A program made the translations under genes and the position numbers. Under the pieces are notes generated by a model. It was not told the origin of the DNA. It searched no databases and saw only the letters and a list, made by a program, of their open reading frames with translations. From Gammaproteobacteria bacterium (GTDB taxonomy: Bacteria > Pseudomonadota > Gammaproteobacteria > Eutrophobiales > Eutrophobiaceae), in the NCBI GenBank assembly GCA_965116495.1, contig OZ220696.1, forward strand, positions 3,936,001-4,000,000: a stretch of DNA of 64,000 nt, written 5' to 3'. This document shows positions 48,407-57,565 of this stretch, piece by piece. Position 1 is the stretch's first letter. Each line of letters opens with the position of its first letter.

Positions 48407-49585
48407 ATGCCCGGTCGAAACTATTTACACATACCCGGTCCGACGATTGTGCCCCAGCGCATTCGCAATGCCATGGCGATAGAGCAGGAAGACATGCGCG
48501 CAGCGGATTTCCCGGAATTCACGTTGCCGTTGTTTAACGACCTGAAAAAGATATTCAAGACGGAGACGGGACGGATATTCATCTTTCCATCTTCCGGCAC
48601 CGGGGGGTGGGAAGCCGCCATCACCAATACCTTGTCGCCCGGGGACAAGGTCCTGATGTCCCATTTCGGCCAGTTCAGCCAACTCTGGGTAGACATGTGC
48701 CGGCGCCACGGTCTTGACGTTCATGCCATCGAGATGGATTGGGGCGATGGTGTCCCCGTTGACCGCTATGCGGAAATACTGAAAGCCGATACCAACAAGG
48801 AGATCAAGGCTGTCTTTGCCACCCAGAATGAGACGGCTACGGGTGTGAAGAGTGATATCCCGGGAGTACGCAAGGCGCTGGATGCGGCGGATCACCCGGC
48901 CCTGTTGTTTGTCGATGCGGTAAGCTCCCTGGGCAGCATGGATTTCCGCATGGACGAGTGGGGTGTGGACCTGGCGGTCAGCGGTTCGCAAAAAGGTTTT
49001 ATGCTGCCCACCGGACTCGGTATCGTCGGCGTCAGTGAAAAAGCCCTTGCCGCACGGGCAGACGCAACCTTGTACCGCACATTTTTTTCCTTCGACGACA
49101 TGATCGGCGCCAACGACAACGGTTATTTCCCGTATACCCCCAACACCATCTACCTCAGAGGGTTACGGGAATCCATCGACATGCTCATGGAGGAAGGGCT
49201 GGATAACGTCTTTGCCCGCCATACCCGCATGGCTGTCGCGGTGCGCAAGGCGGTGTCGGCATGGGGCCTGTCCCTGGTTGCAAAAGACGAGAACTGGTAT
49301 TCCGATACGGTCAGTGCGGTGCGGGTGCCGGAGGGATTTGACGGCAACGCAGTGGCGCAGCACAGTTATAAATACTATAACGTCGCCCTGTCCATCAGCC
49401 TCGGCAAGATTGCCGGTCAGGCATTTCGCATCGGCCACCTGGGTGACCTGAATGAAGTGATGGTCCTGACCCCGCTCAACGCCGCAGAAATGTCGATGAA
49501 AGACATGGGGATTGATATCGAGTTGGGCAGCGGCGTGGCCGCCGCGCAGGAATACCTGCGTAACACCCGCCAGGCCAGGTTCTGA
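48407..49585 (+). CDS. sgaA: Serine-glyoxylate aminotransferase
   Basis: PGRNYLHIPGPT, SGTGGWE, FGQFSQLW, NETATGV, SGSQKG, YFPYTP; serine-cycle context. Confidence 0.88.
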   Translation: MPGRNYLHIPGPTIVPQRIRNAMAIEQEDMRAADFPEFTLPLFNDLKKIFKTETGRIFIFPSSGTGGWEAAITNTLSPGDKVLMSHFGQFSQLWVDMCRRHGLDVHAIEMDWGDGVPVDRYAEILKADTNKEIKAVFATQNETATGVKSDIPGVRKALDAADHPALLFVDAVSSLGSMDFRMDEWGVDLAVSGSQKGFMLPTGLGIVGVSEKALAARADATLYRTFFSFDDMIGANDNGYFPYTPNTIYLRGLRESIDMLMEEGLDNVFARHTRMAVAVRKAVSAWGLSLVAKDENWYSDTVSAVRVPEGFDGNAVAQHSYKYYNVALSISLGKIAGQAFRIGHLGDLNEVMVLTPLNAAEMSMKDMGIDIELGSGVAAAQEYLRNTRQARF

Positions 49586-50532
49586 TGAGTTTTACCCAGT
49601 ACCCGCCGGCGCCGGTCCGGTTACAGCGCAGTGAACTCGCCGTTCCCGGTTCCAACCCCGGCATGTTTGAGAAAGCAGCCCGCTCCGCCGCGGACTTTAT
49701 CTTCCTGGACTGCGAGGATGCGGTGATCCCCGATGACAAACCCCAGGCCAGGAAGAACATCATCGCGGCGTTGAATGATATCGACTGGCAGGGTAAGACC
49801 ATGTCGGTGCGCATCAATGGTCTTGACACGCATTATATGTATCGCGACGTCGTGGATATAGTAGAGCAGTCCGGCGCCAACCTGGATACCGTGCTGATCC
49901 CGAAGGTAGGCACTGCTGCAGACGTGTACATGGTGGATTGCCTGTTGACCCAGATTGAGGATGCCAAGGGCCTTGACAAGAGGATCGGCATAGAGTGCCT
50001 GATTGAGACTGCATTGGGCGGGGCCAACGTCATGTCCATCGCACAGTCCTCCACACGCCTGGAGGCCCTGCACTTCGGTGTCGCGGATTATGCCGCCAGC
50101 ATGCGGGCGCGCACCGTGAACATCGGCGGCCTGAACCCGGATTACCAGTGTGACGGCGCGTTGGGCGACCAGTGGCATGCCGCGCTGGTGAACATCGCCA
50201 CTGCGTGCCGGGCCTTCGGACTGCGCGCCATAGACGGCCCGTACGGTGATTTCAACGATCCGGACGGTTACGTGGCTGCGGCCAAACGGGTGGCGGCGCT
50301 GGGTTACGAAGGCAAATGGGCGATCCACCCCAGCCAGATCGAACTGGCCAACGATGTGATGTCGCCGCCGGAAGCCGAAGTCACCCGGGCCCGGCGCGTG
50401 CTGGAGGCGTTACGGGAAGCGGCCGCGCAGGGCAAGGGCGCGGCGCAACTGGACGGCAAGATGATCGACGCAGCCTCGGAACGCATGGCAAGAAATATCG
50501 TGCGGCAGGCTGAATTGATAAACAAGAGGTAA
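49585..50532 (+). CDS. mcl: L-malyl-CoA / beta-methylmalyl-CoA lyase
   Basis: [38 protein letters not shown]. Confidence 0.9.
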   Translation: MSFTQYPPAPVRLQRSELAVPGSNPGMFEKAARSAADFIFLDCEDAVIPDDKPQARKNIIAALNDIDWQGKTMSVRINGLDTHYMYRDVVDIVEQSGANLDTVLIPKVGTAADVYMVDCLLTQIEDAKGLDKRIGIECLIETALGGANVMSIAQSSTRLEALHFGVADYAASMRARTVNIGGLNPDYQCDGALGDQWHAALVNIATACRAFGLRAIDGPYGDFNDPDGYVAAAKRVAALGYEGKWAIHPSQIELANDVMSPPEAEVTRARRVLEALREAAAQGKGAAQLDGKMIDAASERMARNIVRQAELINKR

Positions 50533-50537
50533 AAATT

Positions 50538-51719
50538 ATGGAAATTCATGAATACCAGGCGAAGGAGATACTGACTGATTTCGGCGTGCCGGTCCCGAGG
50601 GGGGGATTGGCGTATAGCCCGGAACAGGCGGTGTATCGTTCCCATGAACTGGGCGGTGATGCCTGGGTGGTCAAGGCGCAGATCCATTCGGGCGGGCGCG
50701 GCAAGGCCGGCGGGATAAAATTCTGCCGGGACGACGATGAGATCTGGGCGGCCGCCGATGAACTGCTCGGCAAGCGGCTGATCACCAATCAAACCGGCAA
50801 CGCCGGCAAGATCATTCACCGGTTATACGTCGAGGAGGCCAGTGAAATTGCCAACGAGTACTACGTCGGGTTCGTACTGGACCGGCAGAAGGAAAGGATC
50901 TCCGTCGTCGCGTCATCTGAAGGCGGTGTCGAGATTGAGGATATAGCCAGGGAAAACCCGGATTCACTGATTCGCGTCACTGTCGAGCCGGCAGTGGGGA
51001 TGCAGCCCTTCCAGGCACGGGAAATCGCCTTCAAACTGGGGATCGATAAATCCTTGAGCAGCCAGGCGATTACCGCGCTGCTGGGTTGCTACCGGGCGTT
51101 CCGCGACCTGGACGCCACCATGGTGGAGATAAACCCCCTGGTCGTGACGAAGAACAATCACCTGCTGGCGCTGGACGCGAAGATGGGGTTTGACGACAAC
51201 GCCTTGTTCCGGCGCCCGAATATTTCCGAGTTGCGGGACAAGTCCCAGGAAGACCCCCGGGAGATGAAGGCAGCGGACCGCGGCCTCAGTTACGTGGGCC
51301 TGGAAGGAAACATCGGTTGTATCATCAACGGGGCCGGTCTGGCCATGGCGACCATGGACATGATCAAACACGCCGGCGGCGAGCCGGCCAACTTCCTGGA
51401 CATAGGCGGCGGGGCTTCGCCGGATCGCGTGGCAAAAGCCATTAACCTGGTCCTGGGTGACAAGAACGTCAGGGCGATACTGGTCAATATATTTGCCGGG
51501 ATCAACCGCTGTGACTGGGTCGCCGAAGGGATCGTCCAGGCGGTAAGCAAGATCGACCTGGAATTGCCCTTTGTCGTCAGGCTGTCGGGCACCAACGTGG
51601 AAGAAGGCCGGGAAATACTGAAGAACAGCAATTTACCGATCATCATGGCAGATACCTTGCACGAGGCGGCGGAGAAGGCGGTTGCCGCCTGGCAGGATTA
51701 CGAAAAAACTCAGGCTTGA
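50538..51719 (+). CDS. mtkA: Malate-CoA ligase (malate thiokinase) beta subunit
   Basis: SucC fold with [15 protein letters not shown] signature; adjacent to mcl. Confidence 0.85.
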   Translation: MEIHEYQAKEILTDFGVPVPRGGLAYSPEQAVYRSHELGGDAWVVKAQIHSGGRGKAGGIKFCRDDDEIWAAADELLGKRLITNQTGNAGKIIHRLYVEEASEIANEYYVGFVLDRQKERISVVASSEGGVEIEDIARENPDSLIRVTVEPAVGMQPFQAREIAFKLGIDKSLSSQAITALLGCYRAFRDLDATMVEINPLVVTKNNHLLALDAKMGFDDNALFRRPNISELRDKSQEDPREMKAADRGLSYVGLEGNIGCIINGAGLAMATMDMIKHAGGEPANFLDIGGGASPDRVAKAINLVLGDKNVRAILVNIFAGINRCDWVAEGIVQAVSKIDLELPFVVRLSGTNVEEGREILKNSNLPIIMADTLHEAAEKAVAAWQDYEKTQA

Positions 51720-51730
51720 CGGGATAAATC

Positions 51731-52618
51731 ATGGCGATATTGATAGACACAAATTCAAGAGTCATTGTCCAGGGTTTTACCGGGCAGACAGGAACATTCC
51801 ACACCCGGGACATGATCAATTACGGCACCAACGTCGTCGGCGGCGTTACCCCCGGAAAAGGCGGCGCCTCGCACCTGGATCGGCCCGTATTCGATACGGT
51901 CAAGGATGCGGTAGCCGAGACTGGGGCCGACAGCAGTATTATATTTATCCCCCCGCCATTCGCCGCGGACGGCATCATGGAGGCGGCGGATGCGGGCATA
52001 AAGTACTGTGTCTGCATTACCGACGGTATCCCCGCCCACGACATGATCCGGGTGAAACGCTATATGCGCCGTTACCGCCAGGAACACAAGATGGTGCTGA
52101 TGGGGCCCAACTGTGCGGGGACAATCAGTCCCGGCAAGGCGATGCTGGGCATCATGCCCGGGCATATCTACATACCGGGCAGGGTTGGCGTCATCGGCCG
52201 TTCCGGCACCCTGGGCTACGAAGCGGCATCGCAGATGAAGGCGCTGGGGATAGGGGTATCCACCAGTATCGGCATCGGTGGGGACCCGATTAACGGCAGC
52301 TCCTTCATGGATCACCTGGTACGGTTTGAAGCGGACCCGGAGACCGATGCCGTGGTGATGATCGGTGAGATTGGCGGCCCCCAGGAAGCGGAAGCCGCGG
52401 AGTTTTACCGGGATAACATGAAAAAGCCGGTGATAGGATACATCGCCGGTTTGACAGCGCCCAAGGGCAAGCGCATGGGGCACGCCGGCGCCATTATTTC
52501 CGCATTCGGCGAGAGCGCCGCGGAAAAAGTGGAAATCCTGCAGGAATGCGGCGTAACCATAGTACCGAAGCCGTCTGAATTCGGGAGCACCGTAAAGGCA
52601 GTGTTGGATGCGCTGTAA
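51731..52618 (+). CDS. mtkB: Malate-CoA ligase alpha subunit
   Basis: SucD fold, GPNCAG, RMGHAGA phospho-His; follows mtkA. Confidence 0.85.
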   Translation: MAILIDTNSRVIVQGFTGQTGTFHTRDMINYGTNVVGGVTPGKGGASHLDRPVFDTVKDAVAETGADSSIIFIPPPFAADGIMEAADAGIKYCVCITDGIPAHDMIRVKRYMRRYRQEHKMVLMGPNCAGTISPGKAMLGIMPGHIYIPGRVGVIGRSGTLGYEAASQMKALGIGVSTSIGIGGDPINGSSFMDHLVRFEADPETDAVVMIGEIGGPQEAEAAEFYRDNMKKPVIGYIAGLTAPKGKRMGHAGAIISAFGESAAEKVEILQECGVTIVPKPSEFGSTVKAVLDAL

Positions 52619-52666
52619 TTGTCTTATCTTTGTAGTTATGAATACGTAATCTTAATTTATCCTATC

Positions 52667-52786
52667 GTCATTCCGGCGTAGGCCGGAATCCAGTCGATAA
52701 AATAATTCCTCGTAATGAAGGTTGGTTTGACTGGATTCCGGAGCCTGCCCCGGCATGCTTTAAGCCGGGGTCAGGCCCGGAATGAC
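52667..52786. repeat. REP/BIME-like pair, family B
   Basis: GTCATTCCGGCGTAGGCCGGAATCCAG ... CTGGATTCCG..CCGGAATGAC inverted arrangement. Confidence 0.8.
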
Positions 52787-52809
52787 GGTGTGAGCCGGAG
52801 GAGAATAAG

Positions 52810-53781
52810 GTGAGTAAGCCCAGAGTGATAGTAAGCCGTAAATGGCCGCAGGAAGTCGAAAGCAGGATGCAGGAGATCTTCGATGTGCAATTGAACGAAG
52901 AAGATATTCCAATGTCCGCCAACCAGATGCAGGCGGCATTGCAGACCGTTGATGCCTTTTGCCCTACCGTCTCGGATAAGGTCAGCGCAGAAGTCCTGTC
53001 TGTAGACAACCTGAAAGCCGGGATTATCGGCAGCTATGGCGTGGGGTTTAACCATATTGATCTCGATGCCGCCAGGACGCGCGGGCTGGTAGTAACCAAT
53101 ACCCCCGAGGTGTTGACCGACTGCACCGCGGACATCGCCATGACCTTGTTGCTGATGACGGCGCGCCGCGCCGGGGAAGGGGAGCGGCACGTGCGCAACA
53201 GGGAATGGAGCGGCTGGCGCCCGACCCACATGATGGGCACAAAGGTGACCGGCAAGACCCTGGGCTTAATCGGCATGGGCAGGATCGCCAGGGCCATGGC
53301 GCAGCGGGCGTATCACGGGTTCGGCATGAAGATCATCTTTACCGATCCGTATCCGCCGCCTGCTGAACTGGTCAGTGAGTTACAGGCAGAATCCCGCGCC
53401 TCGATAGAAGAGGTGCTGCAGGAAGCGGATTTTGTCTCCCTGCATTGTCCCGGAGGCAAAGAGACCTACCATTTAATCAACAGGGAACGTTTATCCATGA
53501 TGAAACCGGGGGCGTTTCTCGTTAACAGCGCCCGCGGCGATGTCATCGACCAGTCCGCCCTGGTTGAAGCGCTCGATAACGGCACCATCGCGGGGGCCGG
53601 CCTGGACGTTTACGAGGGAGAACCGGCAGTGCCCGCAGATCTGTTGACCCTGGATAACGTCGTGCTGTTTCCACACCTGGGCAGCGCTTCCACGGAAACC
53701 CGGGTCGCAATGGGCATGCGGGTGGTGGAGAACCTGCAGGCATTTTTCAACGGTGAGGCGCCACGCGACCGCGTCGTGTGA
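52810..53781 (+). CDS. hpr: D-glycerate dehydrogenase / hydroxypyruvate reductase
   Basis: GMGRIA, NSARG, GLDVYEGEP, PHLGSA; position within the serine-cycle operon. Confidence 0.78.
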   Translation: MSKPRVIVSRKWPQEVESRMQEIFDVQLNEEDIPMSANQMQAALQTVDAFCPTVSDKVSAEVLSVDNLKAGIIGSYGVGFNHIDLDAARTRGLVVTNTPEVLTDCTADIAMTLLLMTARRAGEGERHVRNREWSGWRPTHMMGTKVTGKTLGLIGMGRIARAMAQRAYHGFGMKIIFTDPYPPPAELVSELQAESRASIEEVLQEADFVSLHCPGGKETYHLINRERLSMMKPGAFLVNSARGDVIDQSALVEALDNGTIAGAGLDVYEGEPAVPADLLTLDNVVLFPHLGSASTETRVAMGMRVVENLQAFFNGEAPRDRVV

Positions 53782-56558
53782 AACCCGAGTCAAAATCCAC
53801 CTTTGATTTCCCCGAGCAGTCCTCGGTAGCGGGACTGGATTCGGCGGTTGCCAGTTATGCAGGCAACCTTATTGACCTGCTGGCGGAGTTGTTGCGCCAG
53901 GTCATCAGGCAAAGAAAACCGGAAATACTCCCGATTTTTGATGGAGAGCAGGTCCTGCCCAGGGATGACAACGAACTGTTGCTGGCCGGGTTACAGGCCT
54001 GGGGTATCTGGTTCCAACTGCTCAATATCGCCGAAGAAAACGCGGCAATGCGCCGGCGCCGCGTCACCGAGAGTCTGCAGGGACTGGAACATGTTTCCGG
54101 CACCTTCGACAACGTGATCGGACAGGCCTTTGAGCTGGGTTTGTCCCACCTGGAAGTCCAGGACCTGCTCAACCGCCTGAAAGTAATGCCCACCGTGACC
54201 GCGCACCCTACAGAGGCAAAACGCGTTACCGTCCTGCAGATACACCGCCGCATCTACGTGATCCTGTACCGGTTGGAAGCCACGCGCTGGACCCCGCGGG
54301 AACGGGAGGTGCTGGAACAACAACTCCGTAACGAAATCGACCTGCTCTGGTTGACCGGGGAATTGCGCCTGGAAAAGCCATCCGTCGTCCAGGAGGTTAA
54401 ATGGGGGCTGCATTTCTTTGAGCAGACCTTGTATGACCGCGTCCCTGAAACCCTGGAAAGACTTGACTGGGCCCTGGAAAAATATTATCCGGACGTGAAA
54501 TTTACCACCCCGCCGTTTTTCAGGTTCGGTTCGTGGATAGGCGGCGACCGGGACGGCAACCCGTTTGTCAACAACACCATTACCCGGGAAGCGCTGGTAT
54601 TGAACAGGCAAGCCGTCTTACGGCATTACCAGGGCCGCCTGAACAGCTTGTTCTCCCAGATCAGTGTTTCCATTCACGCGATCCGCCCGCCTGCCGGATT
54701 TGCAAAACACCTGGACAGGTTGCTGGATGAAAGCGGCCGCCGGAACAGCCTGGAAAAACGCAACCCGGGGGAGATCTTCCGCCAGTATGTTATCTGCCTA
54801 CGGGAAAAGATAAGGAATACCGAGAAGAAGAACACGCTGAGCGAGTTCAGCTACGCTGATGCCGACCAGTTTATCCGTGACCTGAGAATTCTTGAACAGG
54901 GACTGGAGGGCGCCGAGTGCGCGCACCTGGCGAGTTCCCGGGTAACCCCGCTGCTGCGCCAGGCCGAGGCGTTCCGGTTCTGCACGGCATGTCTTGATAT
55001 CAGGGAAAACTCCACGGTCATCACCCGCACCCTGCAGGACATATGGCGCTTGCGGCAGTGCCCCACTACCATTCCTGCGCAAGCAGGAATCCAGTCCCGG
55101 GAAGTATCGCCCCCCGCGCCGGATTCCGCCGTCTGGCTTGAATGGGTACAGGAGGAATTGTCCACGCCTGCCGATGAACTCCCGAATATCTCCCTTGCCG
55201 ACAGGCAATCGGCCATGACCTTCGGCCTGTTCCAGATGATTGCGGAAACCCGGCGCACCCTGGACCGGCAGGCAATCGGTGGTTTTATACTGAGCATGAC
55301 CCGGTCGGTGGCGGATGTATTAGGCGTGTACCTGCTGGCAAAGTATGCCGGCGTATTCTCCGACAGCCTGGCGGTGGAAAGTTCGCCGCTGCCGGTGATA
55401 CCGCTGTTTGAGACCATAGAAGACCTGCGCATGGCCCCCAGGATCATGCAAAAGGTGTTGCAGACACCGGTTGTCAGGCGCAGTGTCAGGGAACAGGGCG
55501 GGATACAGGAAGTCATGATCGGTTATTCGGATTCGAACAAGGACGGTGGTTTTTTAACCGCGAATTACGAATTGAGCCGGGCCCAGGCCGAACTGACCAG
55601 GACCGCGGAAAAGTGCAGGATCCCCATCGTCTTTTTTCACGGCCGCGGAGGGTCGGTCAGCCGCGGCGGCGGGCCTGCCGGGAGCATTATCGCGGCACAG
55701 CCGGCGGGTTCCGTAAACGGCAGACTGCGCATTACGGAACAGGGTGAAGTTGTCTCCACCAAGTACGCCAACCACGGTACCGCGCAGTACGAGATGGAAC
55801 TGCTTGCCGCCAGCGTCATGGAACATACCCTGAATTCCACGGCGGGGAAACAGTTCAAACCGGATCCCGAGTTCGAGCAGGCCATGGACGCGCTGTCCAA
55901 CCTGGCCTACACCGAGTACCGGCAGTTGGTGGAGGAAACCGGGCTGGTTGATTACTACCAGACGGCAAGCCCGGTGGGAGAACTGGGCAAGCTCAGGATC
56001 GGCTCACGGCCGGATCGCCGGTTCGGTGTCGGTTCGCTGGATGACCTGCGCGCCATTCCATGGGTATTCGCCTGGACCCAGAACCGCCACCACGTCCCGG
56101 CCTGGTACGGGCTGGGAAGCGCCGTTGAGAAGTTTATCAAGGTCAGGGGCAACGAGGGAAAGAAACTGCTGAAGAGAATGTATAAACGCTGGCCGTTGTT
56201 CAGTTTGGTAATCGATGAGGCGGAGAAATCCCTGGCCTTTGTGGACACCGACGTAATAGGCCAGTATGCCGGCCTGCTGGACCAGGAGATCATCAAGGAG
56301 ATAATCTCCGCGAAAATATTGCAGGAATATAAACTATCCATCGCGGGCGTGCTCATGATAACCGGCGAAAAAAAACTGGCGGAACAGTTCCCGCGCTTCA
56401 GCAGAAAACTGGAACGCCGCGGCGATATCCTCAAGCAGGTCGGGCTGGCCCAGGTCGAATTGGTCAAACGCTTTCGCGAACAGGGCAAACAGGCAGACCT
56501 GGTCGCGTTGCTGCTCTCCATCAACTGCGTCAGCGCCGGGTTGGGGTGGACCGGATAA
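53778..56558 (+). CDS. ppc: Phosphoenolpyruvate carboxylase
   Basis: TAHPTE, GSWIGGDRDGNP, VMIGYSDSNKDGG, FHGRGG, LRAIPW, C-terminal GLGWTG. Confidence 0.95.
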   Translation: MKPESKSTFDFPEQSSVAGLDSAVASYAGNLIDLLAELLRQVIRQRKPEILPIFDGEQVLPRDDNELLLAGLQAWGIWFQLLNIAEENAAMRRRRVTESLQGLEHVSGTFDNVIGQAFELGLSHLEVQDLLNRLKVMPTVTAHPTEAKRVTVLQIHRRIYVILYRLEATRWTPREREVLEQQLRNEIDLLWLTGELRLEKPSVVQEVKWGLHFFEQTLYDRVPETLERLDWALEKYYPDVKFTTPPFFRFGSWIGGDRDGNPFVNNTITREALVLNRQAVLRHYQGRLNSLFSQISVSIHAIRPPAGFAKHLDRLLDESGRRNSLEKRNPGEIFRQYVICLREKIRNTEKKNTLSEFSYADADQFIRDLRILEQGLEGAECAHLASSRVTPLLRQAEAFRFCTACLDIRENSTVITRTLQDIWRLRQCPTTIPAQAGIQSREVSPPAPDSAVWLEWVQEELSTPADELPNISLADRQSAMTFGLFQMIAETRRTLDRQAIGGFILSMTRSVADVLGVYLLAKYAGVFSDSLAVESSPLPVIPLFETIEDLRMAPRIMQKVLQTPVVRRSVREQGGIQEVMIGYSDSNKDGGFLTANYELSRAQAELTRTAEKCRIPIVFFHGRGGSVSRGGGPAGSIIAAQPAGSVNGRLRITEQGEVVSTKYANHGTAQYEMELLAASVMEHTLNSTAGKQFKPDPEFEQAMDALSNLAYTEYRQLVEETGLVDYYQTASPVGELGKLRIGSRPDRRFGVGSLDDLRAIPWVFAWTQNRHHVPAWYGLGSAVEKFIKVRGNEGKKLLKRMYKRWPLFSLVIDEAEKSLAFVDTDVIGQYAGLLDQEIIKEIISAKILQEYKLSIAGVLMITGEKKLAEQFPRFSRKLERRGDILKQVGLAQVELVKRFREQGKQADLVALLLSINCVSAGLGWTG
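55068..55094 (+). repeat. Family B REP hairpin inside the ppc coding sequence
   Basis: ACC-ATTCCTGC-GCAA-GCAGGAAT-CCAG, translated as TIPAQAGIQ. Confidence 0.75.
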
Positions 56559-56630
56559 CGCGGGTTCATTCCGCATCAAAACCGGCATACTTTCCCCTGG
56601 CCGGGGAGGCGCCGGCCCAAGTCGTGAATT

Positions 56631-57371
56631 CTATGGATTACTGGACATGATCCGTTCCTTGATTTTTTCCAACGTAGAGGTGAGGTGCGTTTTCAGTGCG
56701 CCGGTAGCTTTATCTGCATTACGTTCCTGCAGCGCTGTGATAAATTCTTCATGTTCCAGAAATGATTCGTCAGAAACCGCCTCAAGCGCGCCTGACAGAT
56801 TTTGTAATCGGGTAATATGACGTTGCGTGGTTACATGGACTGAAATCAACGCGGCGTTACCGCTGGCTGCAACAAGGGCGCTATGTACGGCGTTGTTCAA
56901 TTCAAAATAAGCTGTGATATCGTGCCGATGATTGCATTGCCGCATTTGTTCGTGCAATTTACGGATTTCCTTGAGTTGTTGTTCACTTGCACGTTCACAG
57001 GCCAGGCCAATTGCCAGGGTCTCCAGGGCGATGATTAATTCGGCATTCTCTACAGCATCCGTCATGGTCGGACGGGTTACAACGGCGCCTTTACCGGGTA
57101 ATAGCTCCAATAGTCCTTCCTTGGCCATAATCTGAAACGTTTCCCGTAATGGAGAGCGGGAGACGCCATAGCGTTCGCACAGTATTCTCTCCTGCAGTCG
57201 TGAACCAGGCGCCCAGATACCCTCTACGATCTCATTTCTTAACCTGACCGTAACTTCTTCCTGCAGTGAGCGCCGGGGGATCATGTAAGGCGAGTCTGCT
57301 TGCGATGATTGTAAAGATGCGCCAATGTTACCGGACATGGCTGGATTATTGGTCTGTTCTTGCAATTTCAT
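56631..57371 (-). CDS. GntR (FadR/FCD) family regulator
   Basis: PGSRLQE..YGVSRSPLRE, FCD His motifs; exact start uncertain. Confidence 0.9.
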   Translation of the reverse strand: MKLQEQTNNPAMSGNIGASLQSSQADSPYMIPRRSLQEEVTVRLRNEIVEGIWAPGSRLQERILCERYGVSRSPLRETFQIMAKEGLLELLPGKGAVVTRPTMTDAVENAELIIALETLAIGLACERASEQQLKEIRKLHEQMRQCNHRHDITAYFELNNAVHSALVAASGNAALISVHVTTQRHITRLQNLSGALEAVSDESFLEHEEFITALQERNADKATGALKTHLTSTLEKIKERIMSSNP

Positions 57372-57460
57372 ACCCAAAATTTTATTTCGTCAAAAACCCG
57401 GAGTCTATGTTATCTGGTAGAGACTCATATTCTACCGGGAGATGATAATTTGGTTGCAAT

Positions 57461-57490
57461 CAAAATACAATTATTGTATTTTGTATACAA
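57461..57490. promoter_or_regulatory. Putative GntR operator
   Basis: CAAAATACAA-TTA-TTGTATTTTG inverted repeat overlapping palindrome TTGTATACAA between divergent genes. Confidence 0.65.
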
Positions 57491-57565
57491 TATATAAACG
57501 CATCAAACTACAACTACAGGCAACCGGCACAAACCTGCCTGTAAGCGCAACCCAGGGGGTGTCTC

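Noticed and set aside
50538-52618. Succinyl-CoA synthetase sucCD
   Set aside because: The [11 protein letters not shown] signature and mcl/sgaA/ppc context favour malate thiokinase.
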